30,585 nucleotides of DNA from a virus (Duplodnaviria; Heunggongvirae; Uroviricota; Caudoviricetes): positions 1 to 30,585 of IMG/VR virus record IMGVR_UViG_2728369593_000008; one strand, written 5' to 3'. Below the pieces are notes generated by a model. It worked only from the letters and a program-made list of their open reading frames with translations, was not told the origin of the DNA and did not search any database. Below are positions 17,508 through 27,498 of the stretch, in pieces (position 1 is the stretch's first letter; every line of letters starts with the position of its first letter). Both the position numbers and the translations under genes were made by a program.

Positions 17508-19281
17508 ATTTGAGCTTAAGGCGTTGATCACCGGTGTCGACAGGCTTTCTCCCGCGCTGTCGAAAATGCAAAAGAAAATCCGGGGATTTAAACGCCAGGC
17601 GGAAGAGGCGTCACAGGGTGGGCTGGCGCTTGGTGGCGGACTGGCAGCGGGGCTGACGCTTTCCCTGAAATCTTATGCCGATCAGGAAAACGCCGCTACC
17701 GGGCTGAAAGTCGCCATGATGGATGCGAACGGCGAGGTTGGAAAGAGCTTTCAGGACATCAATAAACTGGCTATTGGCCTGGGTAACCAGCTACCCGGTA
17801 CAACGGCTGATTTCCAGAACATGATGCAGATGCTGGTGCGTCAGGGGATCCCGGCAGAAAACATTCTGGGTGGTGTGGGTAAAGCGACAGCTTATCTTGC
17901 GGTACAACTGAAAAAAACACCGGAAGCGGCTGCCGAGTTTGCCGCAAAGATGCAGGATGCTACCGGAACGGCCTCAGAAGACATGATGGGGCTGTTCGAC
18001 ACAATTCAGAAGGCGTTTTATCTGGGCGTTGACGACACCAACATGCTGTCATTCTTCACTAAAACCAGCTCTGTTCTGAAGATGGTGAATAAGGACGGTC
18101 TTCAGGCTGCACAGAGTCTTGCCCCCATCAGTGTCATGATGGATCAGATGGGGATGAACGGGGAGTCGGCAGGTAATGCCCTGCGAAAAGTTATCCAGTC
18201 CGGATTAAGCGTTAAGAAAATCAGGGACGTCAATAAAATCATGGCCCGCCAGAAACTCGGGGTACAGCTCGATTTTACTGATGGCAAAGGGAGTTTTGGC
18301 GGTCTTGATAACATGTTCAGGCAACTGGCAAAGCTGCGAAAACTGACCGACGTTAAGCGAACCGGTGTACTTAAGGCAATATTTGGTGATGATGCCGAAA
18401 CCCTTCAGGTGGTCAATGCTCTGATCGATAAAGGAAAGGATGGTTACGATCAGATCCAGCAGAAGATGCATAAACAGGCCAGCCTGAATAAACGTGTTCA
18501 GGCACAGCTTGGTACGCTGTCCAACCTGTGGGAGGCAATGACGGGGACCGCAACTAACGGTCTTGCAGCTATTGGCGGCGCATTTTCTGGTGACGCTAAA
18601 AATATCACGCAATGGCTGGGGGAGTTGGGGGAAAAATTCACGAAGTTTGCGGATGAAAATCCCCGGGTTATTCGCGGCGTCGTCGGGCTTGCTGCCGGTC
18701 TTGCGATTCTGAAACTGGGATTGATGGGCGTGGGCAGTGCCATCAGCATTGTCAGCAGGATCATGTCGATGACGCCGATTGGCATGATTGCGACGGCGAT
18801 AGCCCTGGCTGCGGGATTAATTATCACTAACTGGGATGTTGTCGGACCTTATTTCAAGAAGCTCTGGGAAACCATTGGTCCTTATTTTGAGGCTGGCTGG
18901 GAACTCCTTAAGAAAGTTTTTGCCTGGTCGCCGCTGGGGATGGTGATCAATAACTGGGGGCCGGTTGTTAAGTGGTTTCAGGATATGTGGGACAAGCTGA
19001 AGCCAATTATTGAATGGTTTACTGATGGTGCCAGCGACACGGTGGTTGCAGCCAATGCGACTCAGTGGGGGGGCGGTGGCTATGGGGCGTACGGTACAGG
19101 CGTTTCTGCTCAGGGATACAATCCGTATCAGATAGTTCAGGCTGCGCCGAAGAAGGCTGAAGGCGAGATTACGGTCTCGTTTAAGGATGCGCCTCCCGGG
19201 ATGCGGGTGACCGATACCCGCTCCAGTGGTATCGACGTGAATCACGACGTTGGTTACACCCGGTTTGGTATGGGGGGCTAA
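17500..19281 (+). CDS. Tail tape measure protein
   Basis: 593 aa; Ala/Gly-rich helical N-terminal half, hydrophobic segment, Trp-rich C-terminus; position after the chaperone pair. Confidence 0.85.
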   Translation: MAEFELKALITGVDRLSPALSKMQKKIRGFKRQAEEASQGGLALGGGLAAGLTLSLKSYADQENAATGLKVAMMDANGEVGKSFQDINKLAIGLGNQLPGTTADFQNMMQMLVRQGIPAENILGGVGKATAYLAVQLKKTPEAAAEFAAKMQDATGTASEDMMGLFDTIQKAFYLGVDDTNMLSFFTKTSSVLKMVNKDGLQAAQSLAPISVMMDQMGMNGESAGNALRKVIQSGLSVKKIRDVNKIMARQKLGVQLDFTDGKGSFGGLDNMFRQLAKLRKLTDVKRTGVLKAIFGDDAETLQVVNALIDKGKDGYDQIQQKMHKQASLNKRVQAQLGTLSNLWEAMTGTATNGLAAIGGAFSGDAKNITQWLGELGEKFTKFADENPRVIRGVVGLAAGLAILKLGLMGVGSAISIVSRIMSMTPIGMIATAIALAAGLIITNWDVVGPYFKKLWETIGPYFEAGWELLKKVFAWSPLGMVINNWGPVVKWFQDMWDKLKPIIEWFTDGASDTVVAANATQWGGGGYGAYGTGVSAQGYNPYQIVQAAPKKAEGEITVSFKDAPPGMRVTDTRSSGIDVNHDVGYTRFGMGG

Positions 19282-19362
19282 TAGCCAGCTTAAGTACGGG
19301 TTTTGTCGTTTTGCTGATTCTTGGTAGGATTAGTCCGATTATTTAATGATGGGAATAGGGAT

Positions 19363-20040
19363 ATGAAAATTCTAACAGTTTATTCAGTTGTCGGCATGGC
19401 TCTTTTACTCGGGGGATGTACATCTCCAAAGTATAATTATTTACCAAAAACAGAAAGTTATAGTGAGCCTCCTGTAGGAAGCATTAATACAGCTTATGTC
19501 GGTGATTCGATGATTAAGCAGGGTGAGTCACAGAAGTTCGAAGGTTTGAAGGTTAATGCTCCCGCGAGAGTTTCCTGGGCTTATACGATTACTCCGGGGA
19601 TGCTGAAAAAGGTTGGTGAGGATAACAAGGCAGATTATTACTTTCTCACAAACGGTGCTGATTCAGCCAATGTGGAAAAGGCAGCTCTTGCCGATATGTG
19701 GCAGGGCATCATGGTAGAAAAGAAAAATAATGCCTTATGTGTAATAACAGTTTTTGGCGCTACCACCTGTGAAACCAACATGCCGATCGAAAAGGTTAAT
19801 CTGAACATCAGTGGTGACTCATCTTTCCAGCAAGCTCTGCTTTACAACGGAAGGGTCGGAAACAAAATCAACATTGGATATCGTGAATTTTCAGCGAATA
19901 CAGCGCGCCCGGCCTTCAACAACGATGTTGAGTATGATCTCGCGGAGTCTAAAACAATTGGCTATAAAGGCGCTAAATTCGAAGTACTTGATGCGAGTAA
20001 CCAAAGCATAAGGTATCGAGTAATAAGTAACTTTAGATAA
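19363..20040 (+). CDS. Putative lipoprotein, AT-rich moron inside the tail module (function unknown)
   Basis: Signal peptide MKILTVYSVVGMALLLGGC with lipobox LLGGC; AGGGA RBS (the ORF track begins at 19321); own downstream terminator; AT-rich relative to neighbours. Confidence 0.65.
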   Translation: MKILTVYSVVGMALLLGGCTSPKYNYLPKTESYSEPPVGSINTAYVGDSMIKQGESQKFEGLKVNAPARVSWAYTITPGMLKKVGEDNKADYYFLTNGADSANVEKAALADMWQGIMVEKKNNALCVITVFGATTCETNMPIEKVNLNISGDSSFQQALLYNGRVGNKINIGYREFSANTARPAFNNDVEYDLAESKTIGYKGAKFEVLDASNQSIRYRVISNFR

Positions 20041-20054
20041 TAGATAATTTATTA

Positions 20055-20079
20055 AAACCTGCTTCGGCGGGTTTTTTTA
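20055..20079 (+). terminator. Rho-independent terminator after the lipoprotein moron
   Basis: AAAACCTGCTTCGGCGGGTTTTTTT: GC stem (one mismatch), TTCG loop, 7-T run. Confidence 0.6.
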
Positions 20080-20093
20080 TATTCGGAGTTTAT

Positions 20094-21104
20094 ATGACGT
20101 GGAAAGACAGGCTTCAGGACGCGTCATTTCGCGGCGTACCGTTTAAGGTTGAAGAAGAAAGTGCGGGAACCGGTCGCCGTGTGGAAACACATGAATACCC
20201 GAACCGCGACAAGCCCTATACCGAAGATCTGGGAAAAGTCACTTTCCGCCCGTCCATCACAGCTTATGTGGTAGGAGATGACTGCTTTGACCAGCGCGAT
20301 CGCCTGATTGAAGCGCTGAATAAACCCGGTCCCGGCACGCTTGTCCACCCGACATATGGTGAGCTGAAAGTCTGTGTTGACGGAGAGGTTCGGGTCAGCA
20401 CATCGAAAAGTGAAGGGCGTATTGTCCGCTTTGACCTGAAGTTTGTCGAAGCAGGAGAACTCTCTTACCCCACATCAGGTGCGGCGACGGCGCAGACGCT
20501 GATGTCATCCTGTTCTGCACTGGATGACTGCATTAGTGACAGCTTCAGCGGTTTCAGTATCGATGGTGTGGCGGATTTCGTGCAGAACGACGTTATCGGT
20601 AATGCCAGCATAATGCTGGGGTATGTTTCTGATGCGATGAAAGTGGTGGATTCTGCCGTATCGGATGCCGCCAGGCTGTTGCAGGGGGATATCTCGGTAC
20701 TTCTGCCGCCGCCATCGTCAGGCAAAAATTTCGTTGAGCAGGTGCAGAAAATGTGGCGTACCGGGAAACGCCTTTATGGTAACGCTAGCGACCTGGTTAC
20801 CATGATCAAAACGCTTTCCGGTGTCAGCCTCGGCAGCGATCTGCAACCGCGCGGCGTCTGGAAAACGGACAGTAAAACCACCGCCACGGCGACGCAGCAG
20901 CGTAACGTGGTTGCCAGCACCCTTCGTACGACCGCAATCAGCGAAGTGGCGTATGCCGTCACCCCGATTGCCTGCGCCAACAACTTCCGCGGTGATGCAG
21001 AATGCCGCAGTGGGGCAGGCAACAACAGCTGCACAGAGCACCGGCTGGCCTTCCGTCACGCATCCGGCACTGAACAATGCACCGGCGGTGAAAAACACGG
21101 TTGA
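20094..21104 (+). CDS. DNA circularisation protein (Mu gpN-like), N-terminal reading frame
   Basis: GGAG RBS; N-terminus resembles the DNA-circulation N-terminal domain; the frame closes at 21104 while the apparent C-terminal part continues in another frame. Confidence 0.6.
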   Translation: MTWKDRLQDASFRGVPFKVEEESAGTGRRVETHEYPNRDKPYTEDLGKVTFRPSITAYVVGDDCFDQRDRLIEALNKPGPGTLVHPTYGELKVCVDGEVRVSTSKSEGRIVRFDLKFVEAGELSYPTSGAATAQTLMSSCSALDDCISDSFSGFSIDGVADFVQNDVIGNASIMLGYVSDAMKVVDSAVSDAARLLQGDISVLLPPPSSGKNFVEQVQKMWRTGKRLYGNASDLVTMIKTLSGVSLGSDLQPRGVWKTDSKTTATATQQRNVVASTLRTTAISEVAYAVTPIACANNFRGDAECRSGAGNNSCTEHRLAFRHASGTEQCTGGEKHG

Positions 21105-21423
21105 CCTGCCGACGTGGGAAGAACTGACTGACATTCGCGACACACTGAATACGGCAATTGATAAGGAGTTGTCCCGTACAACCAGTGATGCGCTGTTTCT
21201 GGCGCTGCGCCGGGTGAAAGCAGATCTGAATGCGGATATCAACACGCGCCTTGAACAGTCTGCACGGATCATTCAGCGCACACCGGATGAGGTTTTACCC
21301 GCGCTGGTGCTGGCGGCGACCTGGTTTGATAACGCGGCGCGTGACGCGGACATTATCCGGCGTAATGCCATTACGCATCCCGGCTTTGTGCCGGTGATCC
21401 CTCTGAAGGTGCCAGTGCAATGA
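21034..21423 (+). pseudogene. C-terminal part of the gpN-like gene in a shifted frame (frameshifted gene or assembly error)
   Basis: ORF 20821..21423 in frame 1 reads as natural protein from about 20990 onward and ends with an ATGA overlap onto the next baseplate gene; combined span 20094..21423 (~443 codons) approaches gpN size. Confidence 0.4.
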
Positions 21424-22511
21424 ACGACAATGTCACGCTACGGGTAAATGGCCGGGAGTGGAATGGCTGGACATCGGTGCGCATCGGTGCCGGTATTGAA
21501 CGGCTGGCGCGGGATTTCAGTGTGGAGATCACCCGCCAGTGGCCGGGAGATGAGGGTATCACCACGCTTCAGCCGCGCATTAAAAACGGTTCAAAAGTGG
21601 AAGTGCTGATTGGTGATGAGCTGGTGATCACCGGCTGGGTGGAGGCGACGCCCGTTCGTTACGATGCCCGTTCGGTCAGCACCGGTATTGCCGGACGCAG
21701 TCTGACCGCTGACCTGATTGACTGTGCAGCCGAACCGACACAGTTTAACGGACGATCACTGGTACAGATAGCGCAGGCGCTTGCTGCGCCTTTCGGCATT
21801 GAGGTGGTGAACAACGGTGCGCCGTCGGGTGTTATTCCTGACGTCCAGCCTGATCACGGTGAAACGGTGATTGAGGTAATCAACAAAATACTCGGTCAGC
21901 AGCAGGCACTGGCTTACGACGACCCGCACGGCAGGCTGGTGATTGGCGGTATTGGCTCAACGCGGGCACATACTGCGCTGGTACTCGGGGAAAACATCCT
22001 TTCCTGCGATACGGAGAAGAGTATCCGGGAGCGGTTTTCTGTTTACCAGGTGGCGGGGCAGCGTGCCGGAAACGACGATGATTTCGGTGAGGCCACCACC
22101 ACCGCGCTGCGGGCCCGCACAGAGGACGCATTTATTGCCCGTTACCGTCCGATGTATATCAGGCAGACAGGGCAGGCTACGGGGGCAGGCTGTATTGCCC
22201 GTGCGGACTTTGAAGCCAGACAACGGGCGGCGCGGACGGATGAAACCACCTATGTGGTGCAGGGCTGGCGACAGGGTAACGGTACGCTGTGGCAGCCCAA
22301 CCAGCGGGTGATTGTCTTTGATCCGGTCTGTGGTTTCGACAATACCGAACTGCTTGTTTCGGAAGTCACGTTTACTCAGGACCAGAACGGCACCCTGACG
22401 GAAATCCGTGTCGGCCCACCTGATGCTTATCTGCCTGAACCCGAAGCCCCCGGCGCGCGGAAAAAGAAAAAGCCAGAGTACAGGAGGACCCGTTCTGATG
22501 AGGACGATTGA
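21420..22511 (+). CDS. Baseplate hub / tail protein (Mu gpP-like, P2 gpD-like)
   Basis: 363 aa; position after the gpN-like gene; ATGA coupling. Confidence 0.7.
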   Translation: MNDNVTLRVNGREWNGWTSVRIGAGIERLARDFSVEITRQWPGDEGITTLQPRIKNGSKVEVLIGDELVITGWVEATPVRYDARSVSTGIAGRSLTADLIDCAAEPTQFNGRSLVQIAQALAAPFGIEVVNNGAPSGVIPDVQPDHGETVIEVINKILGQQQALAYDDPHGRLVIGGIGSTRAHTALVLGENILSCDTEKSIRERFSVYQVAGQRAGNDDDFGEATTTALRARTEDAFIARYRPMYIRQTGQATGAGCIARADFEARQRAARTDETTYVVQGWRQGNGTLWQPNQRVIVFDPVCGFDNTELLVSEVTFTQDQNGTLTEIRVGPPDAYLPEPEAPGARKKKKPEYRRTRSDEDD

Positions 22512-23046
22512 AGCCATGCAGCGACAACTCCTCGGCCTGATTGGGCGGGCAGTGGTGAAAAGCATCAGTGCCGCCACGAAATGTCAGACCGTGGATGTGT
22601 CCCTGATTGCCGGTGAACCCAAAGCCGGGGTTGAACATCTTGAACCCTACGGTTTTACCGCAAGGGCAAACAGCGGTGCGGAAGCGGTGGTGTTGTTTCC
22701 GGATGGCGACCGTTCTCATGCGGTGGTTGTTACGGTGTCGGACCGGCGCTACCGCCTGAAAGGGTTGCAGACGGGTGAGGTGGCTGTCTATGACGATCAG
22801 GGGCAGTCCGTGACGCTGACCCGGGAGGGGATCGTGGTGGACGGTGCAGGTAAAACGATCACGTTTCGCAATTCACCTAAAGCACGTTTTGAAATGGACC
22901 TGGAAGTGACAGGACAGGTGAAAGACCTGTGCGACTCCGGCGGCACCACCATGTCAGCGATGCGGCTTGCCTATAACGGGCATCGTCACAGAGAGAACGG
23001 TCAGGGCAGTAACACCGACAAACCTGATAAAGCGATGGAGGCATGA
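22498..23046 (+). CDS. Baseplate spike/assembly protein (Mu gp45-like, gpV-like)
   Basis: ATG 22498 preceded by AGGAGG (the longer ORF begins at 22408 inside the previous gene); position in the baseplate cluster. Confidence 0.65.
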   Translation: MRTIEAMQRQLLGLIGRAVVKSISAATKCQTVDVSLIAGEPKAGVEHLEPYGFTARANSGAEAVVLFPDGDRSHAVVVTVSDRRYRLKGLQTGEVAVYDDQGQSVTLTREGIVVDGAGKTITFRNSPKARFEMDLEVTGQVKDLCDSGGTTMSAMRLAYNGHRHRENGQGSNTDKPDKAMEA

Positions 23047-23471
23047 TGGAACTGTGGCTGACGGTGAACGGTAAACGCACCTGCGCCAGCGCACCGCTGG
23101 ATCCGCTGACCCGCGCCGTGGTGATTTCCCTGTTTACCTGGCGGCGGGCGGAGCCTGATGACAACGCCGACGTCCCGATGGGATGGTGGGGGGATACCTG
23201 GCCTGCGGTACAGAATGACCGTTACGGCTCCCGACTGTGGCTGCTTCAGCGCAGCAAACTGACCAATCAGCTGGTGCAGACGGTAAGGGGATATATCCGC
23301 GAATGCCTGCAATGGATGATTGATGACGGCGTGGTGTCCCGTATTGATCTGGATATCCGCCGCACCGGGATTAATGAACTGGGTAACAGTATCACTCTCT
23401 GGCGTCGTGACGGACCGGTAATGATTTCTTTTGATGATCTGTGGAGTGCGATAACGCATGGCGGACAGTGA
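23043..23471 (+). CDS. Baseplate protein (Mu gp46-like)
   Basis: 142 aa; ATGA overlap with the previous gene; position. Confidence 0.65.
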   Translation: MMELWLTVNGKRTCASAPLDPLTRAVVISLFTWRRAEPDDNADVPMGWWGDTWPAVQNDRYGSRLWLLQRSKLTNQLVQTVRGYIRECLQWMIDDGVVSRIDLDIRRTGINELGNSITLWRRDGPVMISFDDLWSAITHGGQ

Positions 23472-24516
23472 ATTTCAGCGCCCGACGCTGGCAGAAAATA
23501 TCAGTATGCTCCGTAACGATTTATTCGCCAGGCTGGACGTCAGCGACACGCTCCGGCGCATGGATGAAGACGTGCGGGCAAAGGTGTATGCGGCGGCGCT
23601 GCATACGGTTTACGGGTACATCGATTATCTGGCAATGAACATGCTGCCTGACCTGTGCGATGAGTCCTGGCTGGCGCGACATGCTGCGATGAAACGGTGT
23701 CCGCGCAAGGGGGCCACGGCTGCCAGCGGGTATATGCGCTGGGAAGGTGTCAGCGATGGCCTGAAGGTGACTGCCGGGAGCGTGATTCAGCGCGATGACC
23801 TGGTTCAGTACACGGCAACTGCCGATGCAACCAGCACCGGTGGTGTCCTGCGTGTGCCGATCGCCTGCTCAAGTGCAGGCGCGGTCGGTAACGCTGACGA
23901 CGGTACGTCATTAATCCTGGTCACGCCGGTTAATGGTCTGCCGTCTTCCGGCGTGGCAGATACCCTGACAGGTGGATTTGATACTGAAGAGCTGGAAACG
24001 TGGCGCGCCCGCGTCATTGAGCGGTATTACTGGACGCCTCAGGGCGGGGCTGACGGGGACTATGTCGTCTGGGCTAAAGAAGTGCCCGGCATTACCCGCG
24101 CATGGACATACCGTCACTGGATGGGAACGGGAACTGTCGGTGTGATGATTGCCAGCAGTGACCTGATTAATCCCATTCCGGAAGAATCAACGGAAACGGC
24201 GGCAAGACAACACATTGAGCCACTGGCCCCGGTGGCAGGCTCTGATTTGTATGTATTCAGGCCGGTGGCACATACGGTGGATTTTCATATCCGCGTGACG
24301 CCGGACACACCAGAAATACGGGCTGCCATTACCGCGGAGTTGCGTTCGTTCCTGCTGCGTGATGGTTATCCGCAGGGAGAACTGAAGGTATCGCGTATCA
24401 GTGAGGCGATTTCCGGTGCGAACGGGGAATACAGCCATCAGTTGCTTGCACCGGTGGACAATATCTCCATTGCGAAAAATGAGCTGGCGGTTCTGGGGAC
24501 GATTTCATGGACGTGA
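23458..24516 (+). CDS. Baseplate J-like protein (Mu gp47-like)
   Basis: 352 aa; size and position typical of baseplate J family proteins. Confidence 0.7.
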   Translation: MADSEFQRPTLAENISMLRNDLFARLDVSDTLRRMDEDVRAKVYAAALHTVYGYIDYLAMNMLPDLCDESWLARHAAMKRCPRKGATAASGYMRWEGVSDGLKVTAGSVIQRDDLVQYTATADATSTGGVLRVPIACSSAGAVGNADDGTSLILVTPVNGLPSSGVADTLTGGFDTEELETWRARVIERYYWTPQGGADGDYVVWAKEVPGITRAWTYRHWMGTGTVGVMIASSDLINPIPEESTETAARQHIEPLAPVAGSDLYVFRPVAHTVDFHIRVTPDTPEIRAAITAELRSFLLRDGYPQGELKVSRISEAISGANGEYSHQLLAPVDNISIAKNELAVLGTISWT

Positions 24517-25091
24517 CAAACGATGATTACATCCGCCTGTTATCGGCACTGTTGCCGCCCGGTCCTGCATGGTCAGCCAGCGATCCGGCGATTGCCGGTG
24601 CGGCACCGTCATTAACCCGCGTTCATCAGCGTGCGGATGCCCTGATGCGGGAGCTGGATCCGCGCACCACCACTGAACTGATAAACCGCTGGGAGCGTCT
24701 GTGCGGTCTGCCGGATGAATGTATTCCGGCGGGAACGCAGACCCTTCGCCAGCGTCAGCAACGGCTGGATGCGAAGGTTAACCTGGCGGGCGGCATCAAC
24801 GAGGATTTTTATCTTGCACAGCTTGCTGCCCTGGGCAGACCAGATGCCACCATCACGCGATACGACAAAAGCACGTTCACCTGCTCATCGGCCTGTACTG
24901 ACGCGGTGAATGCGCCGGAATGGCGGTATTACTGGCAGGTCAACATGCCAACCACCACCAACACCACCTGGATGACATGTGGCGATCCCTGTGATTCCGC
25001 ACTGCGTATCTGGGGTGACACCGTTGTCGAGTGTGTGCTTAACAAACTCTGCCCGTCGCATACCTACGTAATTTTTAAATATCCGGAGTAA
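24507..25091 (+). CDS. Tail protein (Mu gp48-like, upstream of the tail fibre)
   Basis: 194 aa; overlaps the previous gene; position. Confidence 0.6.
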   Translation: MDVTNDDYIRLLSALLPPGPAWSASDPAIAGAAPSLTRVHQRADALMRELDPRTTTELINRWERLCGLPDECIPAGTQTLRQRQQRLDAKVNLAGGINEDFYLAQLAALGRPDATITRYDKSTFTCSSACTDAVNAPEWRYYWQVNMPTTTNTTWMTCGDPCDSALRIWGDTVVECVLNKLCPSHTYVIFKYPE

Positions 25092-25094
25092 TCC

Positions 25095-25886
25095 ATGCAT
25101 CGTATAGACACGAAAACCGCGCAGAAGGATAAGTTCGGCGCGGGTAAGAACGGTTTTACCCGTGGTAACCCCCAGACTGGCACGCCTGCCACCGATCTGG
25201 ATGATGACTACTTTGATATGTTGCAGGAAGAACTCTGCAGCGTGGTGGAGGCATCCGGTGCCAGCCTGGAGAAAGGGCGGCATGACCAGCTGCTTACCGC
25301 ACTTCGTGCGCTGCTGTTAAGCCGCAAGAATCCGTTTGGCGATATCAAATCGGATGGCACAGTGCAAACGGCTCTCGAAAACCTTGGTTTAGGAGAAGCG
25401 GCGAAAAGGGATGTGGGCACGACAGTCGGAACCGTTGCCGCTGGTGATGATTTACGCATAACAGGAGCACTTCAAAAGGCAAATAATCTTTATGAGTTAA
25501 CAAATAAATCTGACGCAAGAGCTAATCTTGGGTTAGGAACCGTTGCAACAAAAAACGTGGGAAATAGTGCTGGGCAAATACCTGATATGTCTTACTGGTC
25601 TTCACCGGCAGGCGGAATTAATTTCCCGAATGGATTCCAGATGCGATTCGGTGCTATCGCTGGTAATGGTGGAAAATTATTTTCTACGCCATTTACAAAT
25701 CAGTGCTATGGCATTGTTTTCGGACAAACATATGCAGCCAACTACTGGATATTCAGCCCAATGTACAGAGCATCTGATCTGAGTAATACCGGTTTTGCAT
25801 TCATTAACAAAGCCTGGTCTGGAATTCCGGGGACAGGTGCTCAGGACGCTGGTGAATCAGTTTTTTATATTGCAGTAGGGTATTAA
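25095..25886 (+). CDS. Tail fibre protein: constant N-terminal part (to ~25385) fused to the variable C-terminal part currently in the expressed orientation
   Basis: 263 aa; a 26-bp gix/hix-like recombination site lies inside the gene at 25372-25397; followed by a tail-fibre assembly gene. Confidence 0.8.
   Translation: MHRIDTKTAQKDKFGAGKNGFTRGNPQTGTPATDLDDDYFDMLQEELCSVVEASGASLEKGRHDQLLTALRALLLSRKNPFGDIKSDGTVQTALENLGLGEAAKRDVGTTVGTVAAGDDLRITGALQKANNLYELTNKSDARANLGLGTVATKNVGNSAGQIPDMSYWSSPAGGINFPNGFQMRFGAIAGNGGKLFSTPFTNQCYGIVFGQTYAANYWIFSPMYRASDLSNTGFAFINKAWSGIPGTGAQDAGESVFYIAVGY
25372..25397 (+). repeat. Left recombination site of the invertible segment (gix/hix/pix-like, 26 bp)
   Basis: CTCTCGAAAACC-TT-GGTTTAGGAGAA; the reverse complement TTCTCCTAAACC-AA-GGTTTTCGAGAG resembles the gix consensus as I recall it; core TT at 25384-25385. 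Confidence 0.65.
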
Positions 25887-25887
25887 T

Positions 25888-26331
25888 ATGGAAATGGTTT
25901 ATAGCGCCTCAAAAAATAGTTTTTTCGCTAAAAATGATGTGGCGAAATATGAACAGGCCGGATGGGAACTTGCTGATGTTGTCGAAGTGACATATGACAC
26001 TTACCTGGAATTTATTGAAGACAGAACGTTGCAAGGGAAAGTACGCATCGCGGGTGATGATGGCCTTCCCACCTGGGGGGAAATTCCACCGCCAACTCAT
26101 GAGGAACAAATTGCCGCAGCCGAACTGGAAAAGCAGCAATTGATTAATCAGGTCAACGAATACATAAACAGTAAGCAATGGCCTGGTAAAGCAGCGATTG
26201 GTCGCCTAAAAGGTGAGGAACTGGCGCAATATAATTTGTGGCTGGATTATCTGGACGCACTGGAGCTGGTCGATACTTCCGGTGCGCCAGATATTGAATG
26301 GCCTACGCCTCCGGCAGTTCAGGCCAGATGA
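25888..26331 (+). CDS. Tail fibre assembly protein (Tfa, expressed orientation)
   Basis: 147 aa; C-terminus ...LDYLDALELVDTSGAPDIEWPTPP is the Tfa motif and is shared with the inverted copy. Confidence 0.8.
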   Translation: MEMVYSASKNSFFAKNDVAKYEQAGWELADVVEVTYDTYLEFIEDRTLQGKVRIAGDDGLPTWGEIPPPTHEEQIAAAELEKQQLINQVNEYINSKQWPGKAAIGRLKGEELAQYNLWLDYLDALELVDTSGAPDIEWPTPPAVQAR

Positions 26332-26896
26332 CGTCCGGCGCTGTGCTGGTATCTGTTGCCGTCACCGCGTCAATATAATCCAGCACAGCGTTAAGTCGGG
26401 TGTTTTCTGGCTGCGTCAGCTTCCGCCCGGCCTGTAATTTCAGTTGAATCAGACTGATGGAAGCCATTGCAGCATCAATCAGCGACTGGCGCTGTGCTTC
26501 TGCCGCTTCTACTGCGGCGCTATGCTGTGCCTCGGTATCCGTCACCCATTTCTCACCATCCCATTTATCGTATGGCGTTAACGGTGAAAGCGTGACATAA
26601 CCGTCTTTGATGGCACCGATATAATCCACTGTAACAGCTGCGCCATTTTCAGTTGAGTAAACGGTCTCATTGCGATGGTCTTCTTCATGGCTCCATCCCT
26701 TACCCGTAAATACTGCCACTTTTCCCGGAATGTTTTCGCTCGGGTCAATACCAGTGGAACAGGCGGGCATACTTACGCCAGTATTAATATATTCATCAGA
26801 CCAGCCGGTATATTCATACGTTACTGCATTATAATAAAAACAACGCATATCGCCCGGCACTGTAGCCAGCCCATTTTCATCAAAAACAGGTTTCAT
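26303..26896 (-). CDS. Alternative tail fibre assembly protein (Tfa', silent orientation)
   Basis: 197 aa on the - strand, converging on tfa; C-terminus ...LDYIDAVTATDTSTAPDVIWPELPEA matches the Tfa motif. Confidence 0.8.
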   Translation of the reverse strand: MKPVFDENGLATVPGDMRCFYYNAVTYEYTGWSDEYINTGVSMPACSTGIDPSENIPGKVAVFTGKGWSHEEDHRNETVYSTENGAAVTVDYIGAIKDGYVTLSPLTPYDKWDGEKWVTDTEAQHSAAVEAAEAQRQSLIDAAMASISLIQLKLQAGRKLTQPENTRLNAVLDYIDAVTATDTSTAPDVIWPELPEA

Positions 26897-27425
26897 TATT
26901 TAGCCCTCACCAGAAAGTTAAATGCAATATTTCGTGGACGGGTTTCTGTACCTACATTTCCACTAATTTCACCATAACGTTTAACACTACGAGAGCTAAG
27001 AGCTCGTAGTGAGGAAGGCACCTTAAGACCGGGTTCGTCCGTTTTAACTATTCCCCCGTCACCATATGTAGCCAGTATTCCTGGGTTTACTCCTTCCCGT
27101 GCACTTCCTGCGGCAAGCCCGCCCCCGTCCACAATTCCATATTGTGTGCATGATCCATAATTGTGTGTGATTGCCCTGAAAGTAGGGTACGTCCGACATC
27201 AATCCCGCGCCCGTCATCCCAGATACGAATGAAATCACCGCGTGCGTCAGGTAATGCCAGCGCCGGAAACACTTTCGCCAGCACAGGGTAATCAGTGGCA
27301 GAGAATTTCGCGCCGTTGAACTTCAAAAACACCATACTGGACCAGCTATCGATTACGGTATCTGGCATTGCAGCGGACGGCCAGAAGAACGGAACGCCAA
27401 TAGCTGGAGCTCCTTCTCCCAAACC
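26896..27425 (-). pseudogene. Alternative tail-fibre variable C-terminal segment; promoterless and apparently frameshifted
   Basis: Two overlapping - strand ORFs in different frames (27087..27422 and 26896..27132); the first begins exactly at the recombination site (LGEGAPAIG...GRGIDVGR...HTIMDHAHN), the second ends ...ETRPRNIAFNFLVRAK; frame break near 27090-27150. Confidence 0.55.
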
Positions 27426-27439
27426 AACCTTTCAAATAT
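27414..27439 (+). repeat. Right recombination site of the invertible segment (inverted relative to the left site)
   Basis: TTCTCCCAAACC-AA-CCTTTCAAATAT; the inner half-site matches the left site's inner half 11/12 in inverted orientation; the outer half is degenerate. Confidence 0.6.
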
Positions 27440-27498
27440 TTTTCTGAATCAGGTGATATTTCGCCTCTTCTCCTGTTTTTACAACAGGAGAAGCACTC

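Larger units (their letters stand above)
25386..27425. other. Invertible tail-fibre host-range segment (~2.04 kb; Mu G-segment / e14 P-region analogue)
   Basis: Bounded by the two inverted 26-bp sites; contains Sv-tfa on one strand and tfa'-S'v on the other; invertase gene immediately adjacent. Confidence 0.7.

Noticed and set aside
20718-21272. 184-aa ORF on the - strand across the gpN-like gene, and similar antisense ORFs at 21957..22577 and 14460..15050
   Set aside because: All lie antisense to well-supported tail or baseplate genes in tightly packed operons with no room for independent expression signals.
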